Below are positions 25,961 to 37,841 of a DNA stretch of 64,000 bases, piece after piece. The notes beneath the pieces were generated by a model. That model was not told where the DNA came from. It did no database searches and was given only the letters and a program-made list of their open reading frames with translations. The position numbers and the translations under genes were made by a program. Position 1 is the stretch's first letter. Each line of letters begins with the position of its first letter. The DNA comes from Octopus bimaculoides (Eukaryota), in assembly GCF_001194135.2 (NCBI RefSeq), contig NC_068985.1, positions 33,483,660-33,547,659 of the forward strand. Reading direction: 5' to 3'.

Positions 25961-26712
25961 GACAACTATATGGGTGTGTTATAGAATTTAAATTTCTCCA
26001 AGTGAAGAAGATGATCTATAAATCTGTAATCATGATGATGCATTACTTCAGTTTGATAAGTAGTAAAATTTTCATAGTAAAGTTTTAGGTATGTAGTATA
26101 GGTTGTATGATATTTACTGTACTACTTTTTTATTGCTTTTAATTATCATTTATGAGGAACAAACAAATGTCATTAACTTAAATTAGAATGTATTTCTGTT
26201 ACTCCTATTTTCTTTCTCTTGATTCACAAAGTATAAAAGCATATGAGTCCTTTTTAACAAGGCTGTAACAGAGAACTATCACATAATAGAAGACCCAAAA
26301 GCTGAACTTTATTTTAAAACTGTAAATGAAAAGAAACCATGAAGCTACATCTTCCATAAATGCTTACATTCAGATTCTTTCCTTTATTACTGTCGGTACT
26401 CATAAGTTTTAAATACCACACTTTATGAATTTGGTGATGTTTTTTTTTTTCTCTTTTCTTTCATATAGACTTTACTGATAGTAAAAGTGTGCTTGTATGC
26501 AATGTTTGCAATTGTGTGTATTTTTTCTCAAATGTTATGTTTAGTCAAACAGTTTCCATAGCAGTGGTGTAATGTTATTGGTTTATTGAGCAATCATCTC
26601 TATACTTTGATTATATTTGCAATGTATATTGATTTTGCCTATACAGAGCAGTGTGTTCACATTTCTATCGATTCATTTTTTTTTTGTCTTCTTCTGACAT
26701 CATTGTTTTCAG

Positions 26713-26812
26713 TCATAGCCATGTTGTCGCAAACTATAGCAACAAGAATTGATATAGCTTAATAATACCATTATGTGCCTCTAAATAAGTTAAATCTTGC
26801 TTAGAACACAAT
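26713..26812 (+). other. Candidate non-coding (UTR, lncRNA or poison) exon
   Basis: CTGAC branch-like motif, T-rich tract and TTTTCAG| acceptor after a 59-nt AG-free zone. Donor is AAT|GTAAGT. All three frames contain stops. Confidence 0.3.
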
Positions 26813-27029
26813 GTAAGTACTAAATTGAGCACTGGCTATCAGATATAGTATTAAAGGATAACATCTGTGTTGTTTGTTTTTTCTCTTTATTATATATCCT
26901 ACATTTACATATTCTTGAAGCATATGCATTTTTTTTTATGCTGCTGGTTGTCCTTTCTGCTGCTAACCATTTAATAGTGAAGTGAGATTAGCATCTATTT
27001 CTAATCATAACAGACTGAATGCAGGAGAT

Positions 27030-27410
27030 TGCAGGTATGGCCCTGTGGTTAAGAAGCTTACTTTGTAGCCATGTGGCTTTCGGTTCAGTTTCACTGCACA
27101 CCATTTTGAGTAAGTGTCTTCTCCGATAGCCCTGGGCCAATCACTGCCTCATGAGTGAATTTGGGAGACAGAAACTATTTGGAAGTCTATCATGTGTGTG
27201 TGTCTGTGTGTGTGCATGTGTGTTTGTCCCTCTGCTATCACTTGACAACCGGTGCAGATTTGTTTGTGTCTCCATAGCTTGGCAGTTCAGCAAAAGTAAC
27301 TGATACAATAAAAAAATAAAATACTGGGGGTAATTTTTTCAGCTAAACCCTTGAAGGCAGTACCCTGGCATGGCCACAATCCAATGACTGATACTAGTAA
27401 AAGATTAAAA
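27030..27410 (+). mobile_element. Family-A SINE
   Basis: GCAGGTATGGCCCTGTGGTTAAGAAGCTT...GGTTCAGTTTCACTG head and ATGACTGATACTAGTAAAAG end. Confidence 0.8.
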
Positions 27411-27657
27411 AAATTGAAGATAACATGTTTCAACATTCTTTTACTCATTCTAACATCAAGGGTAGGGTCTTGGTGTGGCATTGTCATATGTATTTGCATA
27501 CGTTTTTTTACTAGTTTTAGTCATTGGACAGCAGCCATGCTTGGACTCTGCCTTCAAATGTTTTTAGTCAGTTATATAGATTCCAGTCACTAATTTATGA
27601 TTGTCATATAAGGATATGACAGACACCACAACCGTTTACAACAGTATGCATAAACAC

Positions 27658-27769
<112 letters not shown>

Positions 27770-30032
27770 CACGTGCACAGATACATGTGTATGATGTTAA
27801 AAAAAAATCACCTGCCAATGTGCCATGCTGTAGAAGTGAACCTAAAACCATGGAACCATGTAGATGCAAAGAAAATTTCTTAACTCCATGGTTAACTACA
27901 CACTTAAAACGCTTTGGATTAGAGGTTTTCTCTTAAGGCAGCAAGCTAGCAGAATCTTTAGCACATCAGACAAAATACTGCTAAGCATTTTGTCTGTCTG
28001 TATGTTCTGAGTTCAAATTCCGCTAAGGTCAACTTTGCCATTCATCCTTTCAAGGCCAATGAAATAGGTACGAGCTCAGAAGTGAGGTTGATGTAATCAA
28101 CAGACCCTCTCCCCTAAAAGCATCAGGCCTTGTAGAAAAGATTATAGGTTTTCTCAATCTGAGTTAAATGACAACTATATAATGTGTTATGTAATTCTAT
28201 TTGTGTTTTAATAAGCTTCCCATGAGTGAAAATAGAGAAATATAAATTTTCTTCATTTATTACACCTTGTCTGATGGAAGATTGAAATGACTATCAGGAT
28301 TGTCTTTCCATTTTTTCCCTCCATCTATTGAGTTTATTTGAAGAAACTTACTACAGTAAGTTTTTGACAGTTAAAGGAAGGTTAAAAGAGTCATACTTGA
28401 ATTCCGACAATTAGCGCTTTGACATTCTTGCAGTGCTCTTTGGGAAAAATTTTAGTAGGTTGAGTCTAATTAACATGTCTATACAACTAAAGAAAAAAGA
28501 AGCATGCTTAGTTTTAATTAGGATGTGTGTGTGTGTGTGTGCATGTGTATGTGCATTCCTTTCAGTCTATCAGTTTGTGTGTATGTCCATCACATTGTCT
28601 GTGGCTGAATATAAATAAGTATCATCATCATCATTCTTTTTTTCATATTTTCACATCTTGGATGGGTCTTTTGGCATCTCACCTCCTGTCAAGATCCTTT
28701 GCCATTTATTATTCACAGCAACCAAGAAAAATCACCAATTTCTCTTGATGCATATGTCATATTATTTTGTTATGAATTTCATGGTTGGCTGTCCTCTCTA
28801 TCACTAATCATTTTACAGCATGAACTGGGTGTCCAAGTATTTCTGCATTCTCAGAGTCATAAAATTGCTAGCTCTAAGCTCCAGTTGAGTAGCTGGCAGT
28901 GGACAATTTTGGACTACTTGCTTTATATAAGAAACACATGTACTTAAATTTGATTCTAATTTCTCATCCAGAGAACAAAATAGGAATTACATACTTCTTT
29001 AGAAGAATTAATGTCTGGGATATTAGTTGAGTTAAAATATTTCCAAAATATTTAATCTCTATTTTATGATCAGGAATTGAATTGTAAATTTAATAATAAT
29101 TACCAATTAGGATTGAATTTACTCTCATTATTTTAGAAACTCTGAAGCTTAGCTACACGGGAATAATGTTTTTCATGTGGTAGCTTTTTTTTTTCATGAA
29201 AATGTTAGTTATGATTGTCTTCGTGATTTTAAACTCTCCAATATTGGCAAACAAATCCACTATAGATATTTTTTAAACATTTTCATGATATTCTGTGTTT
29301 ACTTTTGTAAAAAAAAGAAAGAATTTTAGCTTGTTTTAGTTATCAATGTAACTTGAATGTAATATGTTTACAATAAAGTTAGAGGGTTTGTGTGTTTTAC
29401 TAAAATGTTTGTTACAAACGAAACAATAAACTGGTTGCAATTACTTGCTGATGGAATGTGACAGAGTACCATATTTCATCATTCTCGTTGCTGTCGGCAA
29501 CATCTTAATCATAATCATCCTCATAACAAGTGGTTCTCAACTGGGGTTGATATAAGATGTTGAGGGGGAGGTCCACACAGGCAAAATAGTGAATTGGGGA
29601 TCCATAAGTAGTATATTAAGGGTTGTTTTTTTGGGCTCACCACATTAAGTATGTCAGCTCTGACTTTAAAGAAACATTTACATTTTGCTAATGGTAAAAA
29701 ATAATTTTGTTGGTTGGTTGTTGAACACTTGCAATTTGAATTGCTTCAGTTGTTATTCTCCCTCCTCACAACACACATTTTTTATAATATACACACCCCT
29801 ACTTTTACCACTTAGCTGCTATCAGTTACAGTAATGACCAGAAATATAACTTGTGAAAAAAAAATCTGTTTGGCTGGTAGACAATACAAGTGTTCTTCAT
29901 TTTGATAGGCATCAATTGAAATGGAAAATATTTATAATACTTGATAGTCTCTTTGCTAAAGTATATATTTCTTGATGATGAGGTACAATGACTGCATTAA
30001 ACAATGGACTGCTGCCCATATACATAATGCAT

Positions 30033-30063
<31 letters not shown>

Positions 30064-30347
30064 TAAACAAACAAAACGCAAATACAAACAACCAAATAAA
30101 CAAACATTTAGTTATGTGTTCTGATCTTATTGAAGCTAGTATGTTGTATCCCTCATCATCATTTAACATCCACTTTCCATGCTGGCATGATTGGATGGTT
30201 TGACAGGATCTGTTGAACTGCAAGGTTGCATTGAGCTCCACTGTCACCTTTGGTATGGTTCCTACAGTTGAGTGCCCTTCCTAAAATGGGAGTAAAAAGA
30301 AAAAAAGTAACTCAGTTTAACTCATTTATGACAAATTTTCATTTCAG

Positions 30348-30430
30348 TGTTGATTGGTTGGTTAGCAATAGGATGAATGTTAGAGCATCTGTATGTAAGA
30401 AATACATATTCTTTCAGCGGTTACGGAGAA
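30348..30430 (+). CDS. Candidate coding exon, product unknown (VDWLVSNRMNVRASVCKKYIFFQRLRR)
   Basis: Acceptor TTTTCATTTCAG| and strong donor GAA|GTGAGT. Only the phase-2 frame is open, matching the phase-2 end of 19765-19901. CpGs are retained. No homology recognised. Confidence 0.3.
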
Positions 30431-30639
30431 GTGAGTGAATACTGATGAAGAATGAAAATTGAAATTAGTTGATCTGATCTTCTTCCTTGGTTGCTGCAAG
30501 TTCTGTAGCCGAACCATGGTGTCTATCTTCATAGTGGGGTTAAATATATGCTTATTAAACATAGCATTTGGTTGTAATCCTATTTACAAATTTAGCAATA
30601 GTCATACTGTTTTGGCGTGCCAGTTAATTAATGAGCATA

Positions 30640-30693
<54 letters not shown>

Positions 30694-30696
<3 letters not shown>

Positions 30697-31025
30697 GTAA
30701 AGACCCCTTCGGTCATGAATAACGATGGGATTGCACCTAGAAAGTTCCCCTCCCAGGCACAAGTCCAGGCAAAGTTGTTTATGGAAGACCAGCAGTTGCC
30801 CATGCATACCATCCTCCCCTCCCCATGCCACTGATATTGTCCAAGGGAAAGGTGAAGGCTGATACAGCTTGGCACCAGTGACATCGCAACTCATTTCTAC
30901 AGCTGAGTTAACTGGAGCAATGTGAAATAAGTGTCTTGCTCAAGAATACAACACACAGCCTGGTCTGGGAATTGAACTCACTACCTCATCATTGTGAGCC
31001 TGATGCTCTAACCACTGAGCCATGA
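30694..31025 (-). mobile_element. tRNA-derived SINE, family C
   Basis: The minus strand begins TGGCTCAGTGGTTAGAGC (A box) and GAGTTCAATTCC (B box), followed by a CTTGAGCAAGACACTT core-like segment and a (CA)n tail. Confidence 0.85.
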
Positions 31026-31252
31026 CTGTATGGTTAAAGAAGTTACTTCCCAATTATGTGGTCCTGAGTTCACTCCTATTGCATGAGATCCTGGGCTAGT
31101 ATCTTTTATCATAACTTTGGGTCAACCCAAGCCTTGCTAGTGAAATAGGACAAATGGAAACTGTGTAGATGTTCACTGAATGATTATTCCAGTAATTCAA
31201 AGGTGTGACTTTGTCACACTGTCATGCTGATTCTACCTAAGAATTATGTTAA

Positions 31253-31477
31253 CCCTTTAACATTCAGATTACTCTGTCAAATGTAATGCTTATTTATTCA
31301 CATCATTTTGAATTAATCATGCATTATCTCATAGCTTTGAGATTTCTATGATGTGATTGCTTATTTTTACTATGATGTTGTAGGTCAGGTGTAAAAAGTG
31401 AGACCTTATCTGGCTTGTTTGAACATAAACCACATAAAGTGTTTAGGCTAGGTATGGTCACGTTACATGCTAAAGGG
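31253..31477. mobile_element. piggyBac-type MITE
   Basis: TTAA at 31249-31252 and 31478-31481. Termini are CCCTTTAACAT / ATGCTAAAGGG. Confidence 0.85.
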
Positions 31478-31588
31478 TTAAGGTATACTTGTCTGCACAA
31501 TGTTCAATCACTTCTACACAAGCTCAACTAGCTGGTTGATCAGCTGATTGAACAACTGAATACTTGTTATTGAAACCACCAAACACGT

Positions 31589-31628
<40 letters not shown>

Positions 31629-31676
31629 TCACTCACTCACTCACTCACTCACTCACTCACTCACTCACTCACTCAC

Positions 31677-32222
31677 NNNNNNNNNNNNNNNNNNNNNNNN
31701 NNNNNNNNNNNNNNNNNNNNNNNNNNNNNNNNNNNNNNNNNNNNNNNNNNNNNNNNNNNNNNNNNNNNNNNNNNNNNNNNNNNNNNNNNNNNNNNNNNNN
31801 NNNNNNNNNNNNNNNNNNNNNNNNNNNNNNNNNNNNNNNNNNNNNNNNNNNNNNNNNNNNNNNNNNNNNNNNNNNNNNNNNNNNNNNNNNNNNNNNNNNN
31901 NNNNNNNNNNNNNNNNNNNNNNNNNNNNNNNNNNNNNNNNNNNNNNNNNNNNNNNNNNNNNNNNNNNNNNNNNNNNNNNNNNNNNNNNNNNNNNNNNNNN
32001 NNNNNNNNNNNNNNNNNNNNNNNNNNNNNNNNNNNNNNNNNNNNNNNNNNNNNNNNNNNNNNNNNNNNNNNNNNNNNNNNNNNNNNNNNNNNNNNNNNNN
32101 NNNNNNNNNNNNNNNNNNNNNNNNNNNNNNNNNNNNNNNNNNNNNNNNNNNNNNNNNNNNNNNNNNNNNNNNNNNNNNNNNNNNNNNNNNNNNNNNNNNN
32201 NNNNNNNNNNNNNNNNNNNNNN
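31677..32222. other. Assembly gap after (CA)n/(ACTC)n repeats
   Basis: N run preceded by (ACTC)n at ~31622-31676. Confidence 1.
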
Positions 32223-32549
32223 TATATATATATACATATATATATATATATGTACAGTTAGATGCACTCGACATACAGCAATTAAATCACATAAATTTTA
32301 GCTCAAGTATTAATTATTTTAAATTCCCATTGTTGTTTGTACACAGAAGTTGTCCATATCCAATGGTAGGCTATGATGTCATACAATGAGCATAACAATA
32401 ATAATAAGAGATAACATGTGTATAACGTGGTACTCTTAATCCATGCTTGCACCATAAGCTGTACCTACTGGTTGCATCTGAATACTAAAACGTATGTAAC
32501 AATTAGAATATATATATATTGTGTGTGTGTGTGTGTATATATATTCGAG

Positions 32550-32838
32550 CGAGATCGTTGCCAGTGCCCCTGGACTGGCTCTTGTGCGGGTGGCACATAA
32601 AATACACCATTTGAGCGTGGCCGTTGCCAGTACCACCTGACTGGCCTTCGTGTGGGTGGCACGTAAAAGCACCCACTACACTCTCAGAGTGGTTAGCGTT
32701 AGGAAGGGCATCCAGCTGTAAAAACTCTGCCAAATCAGATTGGAGCCTGGTGTAGCCATCTGGTTTCACCAGTCTTCAGTCAAATCATCCAACCCATGCT
32801 AGCATGGAAAACGGACGTTAAACGATGATGATGATGAT
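32550..32838 (+). mobile_element. 5'-truncated 3' end of the (GAT)n-tailed RTE family
   Basis: Two ~66-nt TAAAA(G)CACC units, then GCATCCAGCTGTA...GCATGGAAAACGGACGTTAAACGATGATGAT. Confidence 0.8.
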
Positions 32839-33149
32839 ATATATATAACCGTCTATGAATAATACTTAATGTATATACACTAATGAGTGGTATGATGCTG
32901 TGGATTTTTGTCAGAAAGAAAACCTCTTCATAGTCATGCTATATTAAAAATCATTCTGAAAAAATGAAAAAAACAATCATTTTAGCAGAAATTCACAAGA
33001 ACATCAGAGGCATTTCGATCTTCTTAGGTCTTGTCAATAGCAAGAACTCATTAGTCACATGCTGACATGAAATCTGTCCCTCCAGTATATAGGAAACAGG
33101 GAATAATAATCATTGATATTTTGAATAACTGCTGGGTTGAATAAAATCT

Positions 33150-33890
33150 CAGTGTACACAACTGAAACTGTATTAAATTATTATACCATATTAAGCTCTT
33201 ATTTGCAGGTTGAAATAAAGATTGATTTAGAAAATCAGTTGTTGAATATGTGTTTTGCCTATCTCAGTTGTGCTTTGGTTACTATATCTTCAATACTTGA
33301 TCTCTCTGCTTGTAATGGAACCTTCTCATTGATCATCCTGTCTTGCCTCTAGTTTCTTAGTATGTACCATCCATAGTCTTCTTTGGTGGACAGTTTAAAA
33401 TCGCTTTGTGTCTCTTCTACAATACCTAGCTTTCACAACAGTAGGTGTGAGTAGCTATCATTACTGCTTTGTGTACAGTTAATTTATCATTGACAGAAAA
33501 ATTCATATTGCTGTAGACATGCTTTTGTTGAGAACTGTCTGCTGAGTTGACTTTGCACAGTGTGTTCTCTGTTTCTTTGTCTATTGCAATACTGTTGGAG
33601 ACATATCTTCCTAAGTATTTATAAGAAGTAGTGCCAGTGGGACTTGTTCACATGTCATGAGAACATATTCACACATTTGTGGGACTGTATGATGCAAGTC
33701 TAGGGATAGTCTCTTCTAAATCCTTTATGCCATAACTACAGAACCATCTTCTACTGTTTCTCCCATGGCTGTGACCCTAGATTGATACTGCTATCCTGAA
33801 TCAGCATGAACCTGAGAGCAGTAGTGACTAAAGGCTAATTCCTCATACTTCCCATAATTCCTGATTTCTGAACTGGAGACTCACCATTGG
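33150..33890 (-). mobile_element. Decayed RTE-clade LINE C-terminal region
   Basis: Minus translation ...RQDRMINEKVPLQAERSSIEDIVTKAQLR*AKHI resembles the RTE WQD.ITNEEVL.RA...SIE..L...QLRWAGHV motif. Confidence 0.65.
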
Positions 33891-36410
33891 ATGCAGTTTA
33901 CTGTATTGCACAGGGTTACATTATATCATGTAACACAAAACAAATGTTGATAGAACTCATTAGTTGATAACAGCCATTTTATGTGAAACACCAGGAAACA
34001 GAAATTAAATTAGTTAAGTTGTATAAATGTAATGCAAATCTCTATTATATATAGCACATTTCAGTCATAAACTAAATAATTATGCATCTAATGCCACAAG
34101 CAAACTATTTCCAGAATGACTATTTCTGAAACAAACCTGATCTCAATAGTTAGGAAATTTGGAGTCCCATGATAAAAATGAGAAACAATCACAAAAGCAT
34201 TCTCATGAATCTTACAATAAGAATGGCAGTAATAACTGCTACTAAAATCATTTAACTTGAAGATAAGATGGGAGGTCTTGAAACATGGGAAATTTATTGT
34301 TCTAAACAAAGCATAAAGGATTAATGATGATATATCAAAAACCCTTAATAAAACATTGTTTGAACCAGAGTATTGTCAAATTTCCAATAACTTATTTACA
34401 AATGTATATATACATACACCCCCCCATATCTATCTATTTGTTTGTATGTCTGCCCATCTATCTATCCATCCATCCATCCATTCATCCTTCTATCTGTCTG
34501 AATATACTTGTGTATGATTTACATATGTGCATGTTTACAAATATATAAAAACATTTGTATATAGATGAAATCAGAAATATGTTTGTTCACTTGTATGTGT
34601 ATTGTAAAATCTATAAATGTTTTATTTAATAAATTCTAGAGGATAAACTAAAGAAATATTCATTCTGGCTTGGGTAATGGTTGACTGTAATAAAGTTGGA
34701 TTTGAAAGAAAGTCTTGTATTGTTTGTTAGTTTCTTTTAACTCATTCTATCATGATAATAATGATGGCTTTTCTTTTATAGCATTGTCAAAAAATATATA
34801 TCAATAATACAAAATTTTTATTTTTCATCATAACTTCAAAAGCACTTGACTTTTAAATGGATAGACCCCATTGTAAATAATACACTGTATTAACTAGAAC
34901 CTATTACAGGAAGGTATTCATTTCCTTATGGTGTCAACTAAATGAATTAATTGTTAAGTTACATAGCTTATAACTTTTTGAAACAATATATTTATCATAG
35001 CTGAAAGGTTTTGGGTTGCTTTACTTTTTCCTTTTATTTGTTTATTTATTTTGTCATCTTGAATAAATTCTTTTGACATATGTTTTTTGAAAGCCTCTCC
35101 CTATTACGTTCTGACTTTATACCGTGTCAATAAAATGTAGAAGAATTGCTTTTGTTTAGTTATATGAAACCTATGTTATCACTTTGTTTTACATTTTCTC
35201 TCTTACCACTAGTTAAACATTTAAATGTTAGTTTCTATTTAATACTTTAAGTTCTAGATGTCTACTGACATATAAACATAAGTATGTTTCATCTTAATTT
35301 TATTCCCACCTACCTATTCAAGCTGTCACTCATGCTTAACTTGTATGGTTTATGTCAAACCTGTTCACCTCCAGTATATTAAAACAATCACAAAATCACT
35401 GCCTGTATACCAATATAGACATTACTATTTATACCATTTTAGGAACCAACTGTTGATATAATGTTTGTTGAAGCAATTAAAGATTAGCTGAAATAAAGGC
35501 TACAGTGATAGCTTGGTCATTTCATTAGTGTTAATGAACTGATTAAAAACAACTTCAGAGAATATTAATTCAAAAGAATTCTATTATGATGTTTAGTCAT
35601 AAGTTTCTAAAATGTAAGAAGAAAACATTAAAAACCTTCATATTATGAGGACAGCCATAAATTAGAGACAGTATGGTGCTTATAGCAGACAAAGCATAAT
35701 TGGTATGTGGAAACAATAATTTCCATCTGTAATAATGATGACACAAAAGCATCATTGTAGCAAATGTTATAAATCATTACTTACATGTTGACACTTATCC
35801 CAACACTGAAATAAGTCTCATAACTCATTGTATTGTAGACACACCAATGAAGATTTCATCTTCTTATTGTATATCTTTGGGTAAGCCACATTAACAGAGC
35901 CTTCCTCTCTCCACTCTATACTGAAAGATATGCACTGGCATACAGACATGCAAGTGCTTATACATATGCAACAACCTTCTGTATAGGTTTCACTTAACTA
36001 ATTCCTCTGACAAGACACATGTTATTTGAAGACTTTCCCATGTCTCATACAGTAGGATAAAACCCAGAAACATGGTTGTGCAGCAAACTTAATTATACAG
36101 CCATGTCACCTATTCTGCAGTACCAGTTTGTAGATAGTACTGGGCCATTGGAAAGTTTAGTGTCTTAGCCACAAACACAACAGATTGCCAATCATAGAAT
36201 ACAAACTGCTGACTACTTAGTATGTTGACTTAGCCACCTAAGCTCTACATAATCTAAAATCTAATCCAAATCATGGGAAGTCAGTTTCAATGGCAAATCT
36301 CAGCTGAAGAACTTGAATGATAAATATGTATTTATGGACCGCTTGTTGATGATGCAGACCATCTCGAGTTTCCTTGGATACCAGATTTTAACCTGTGTTA
36401 TATATCTCTA

Positions 36411-36702
36411 TTAAGAACCCACTTTTCTTTTCTTTTGGTTTTTCTAGAATCAATCTTAAGTACAATATGCCCTGCTTTACAAACTATAATTAGCAAAAAT
36501 CCACTAGAGTTATGATTACGGCCAAAATTAAGAGCAATTGGGATCAGTCAATTTTAAAGTTATATCCAAAGTTTGTTACAGATATAAGTTAACAATACAA
36601 TTTCAATACACTTATAAACACTGAGCTTATGCTTATGTTTATTGAGTTAAGACTTAAACAAAAATATTCAAGAGGTTACCTTTCTAGGTATTTATCTAGC
36701 TT
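36411..36702. repeat. ~290-bp unclassified repeat, copy 1 (direct repeat of 39110-39379)
   Basis: Both copies start TTAAGAACCCA and end TATCT(A/G)GCTT, with high identity. Copy 2 lacks ~20 nt at a TGCTTA/GACTTA microhomology. Confidence 0.9.
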
Positions 36703-36986
36703 GGTGTTGTGTATGATTGTAATTTTTGAAAGCAGATGACATTTTCATAACAGTATAGCTGTAATTTATTCCATTGATATTGTAAATTGCCAAAATAGCA
36801 AAGATGCACTTCATACAAATGTTGAGGCTCACATTAAACCACAAAAAAGATGAAATCATAAATGTATATATTTGACCTAAAATTTGTAATTAAGAAAGTG
36901 ATACCCAACTTTTCCATATCTCTTCTGTCTAAAAATGAAGTTTTAATTTTGTAAACAATTATAATAAGTAATGTTGACTTAATCTA

Positions 36987-37200
36987 AGGCAGCAAGCTGG
37001 CAGGAACGTTAGCACACCAGGCGAAATACTTAGCAGTATTTCGTCTGTCTTTATGTTCTGAGCTCAAATTCCGCCGAGGTCGACTTTGCCTTTCATCCTT
37101 TTGGGAGTCGATAAATTAAGTACCAGTTGCATACTGGGTCAATCTAATCAACTGGTCTCCTCCCCCAAAATTTCAGGCCTTGTGCCTAGAGCAGAAAAGA
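36987..37200 (+). mobile_element. Family-B SINE, young CpG-retaining copy
   Basis: GGCAGCAAGCTGGCAGGAACGTTAGCACACC...CCGCCGAGGTCGACTTTGCCTTTCATCC...GGCCTTGTGCCTAG. Confidence 0.9.
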
Positions 37201-37740
37201 ATGTTAACTTAATCTGTTGCATGGTTTAACACCACAAGGACCTTGGTGCCATTAGCAGAGTCCACTGTGTTGAAAGCATTCAGGCAAGGCTTTCCATTTG
37301 AAGTTTAACTTCCTTTCTCCCTCCCACCTAGCTCAGAGCCTTGAAGGTCTGACTAAGCCATTAAAACAATTAGTATTTTCAGTAAGAGTTGACTGGTTGT
37401 TATTATTTCCACCACATCTAAGGCATCTTTTCACAAGTTATGGTTGTTGTTATTGTTGTTTAGCTCCAGGTCAGCTCTGATCAAGCATACTGATCAAAGG
37501 TAATCAAACCATGGCCCTACTATCCTTTCTTTCAGACTATGTTATCCAATGTGTTCGTTTTTAAGACCATAGAGCATGGTTCAAGTGTGATTTAGTTACT
37601 TTTTCTTATTTAACCTTCCCACAAATATATATGTATTCATATGTACATACATTCATTAATTCCTTTTCTGCATGCTTAAAATTTACTAGTTGTACTTATG
37701 TGTTATGGATACCTGATGTTTTTATATTTTTTGATACAAA

Positions 37741-37841
37741 CTAATATTCATCTTTTGTTTCTTCTTTTTTTTATTTCTCATAGGTAAGTGTTCTAGAAGG
37801 ATCTACCTGAAATTTAAAAATCTATGTTGTTAACTGTAAGT
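37741..37841 (+). promoter_or_regulatory. Strong 3' splice site abutting a consensus 5' splice site (candidate recursive-splicing ratchet point)
   Basis: CTAAT (37741-37745), AG-free zone 37690-37781, 27 of 30 pyrimidines at 37751-37780, TAG|GTAAGT (37783|37784) and a second GTAAGT at 37836. Confidence 0.6.

Noticed and set aside
26232-26321. Exon with in-frame TGA (YKSI*VLFNKAVTENY...) read as selenocysteine or edited Trp; the same idea applied to VSVLEGST*NLKIYVVN at 37784
   Set aside because: The AAG acceptor and donor are weak, no SECIS or homology is evident, and a single stop in a short AT-rich frame is expected by chance.
29470-29560. Hydrophobic VPYFIILVAVGNILIII peptide as a GPCR TM1
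   Set aside because: It derives from a decayed (ATC)n tract and runs into a CAGTGGTTCTCAAC hAT-like end.
30990-31025. SINE heads as tRNA genes
   Set aside because: They have only A/B-box similarity, run into SINE bodies and show no complete cloverleaf.
36411-36702. Helitron assignment for the 290-bp repeat because of CTAG/CTGG near its end
   Set aside because: No clear GC-rich subterminal hairpin, no 5' TC, and the base after CTRR is not T.
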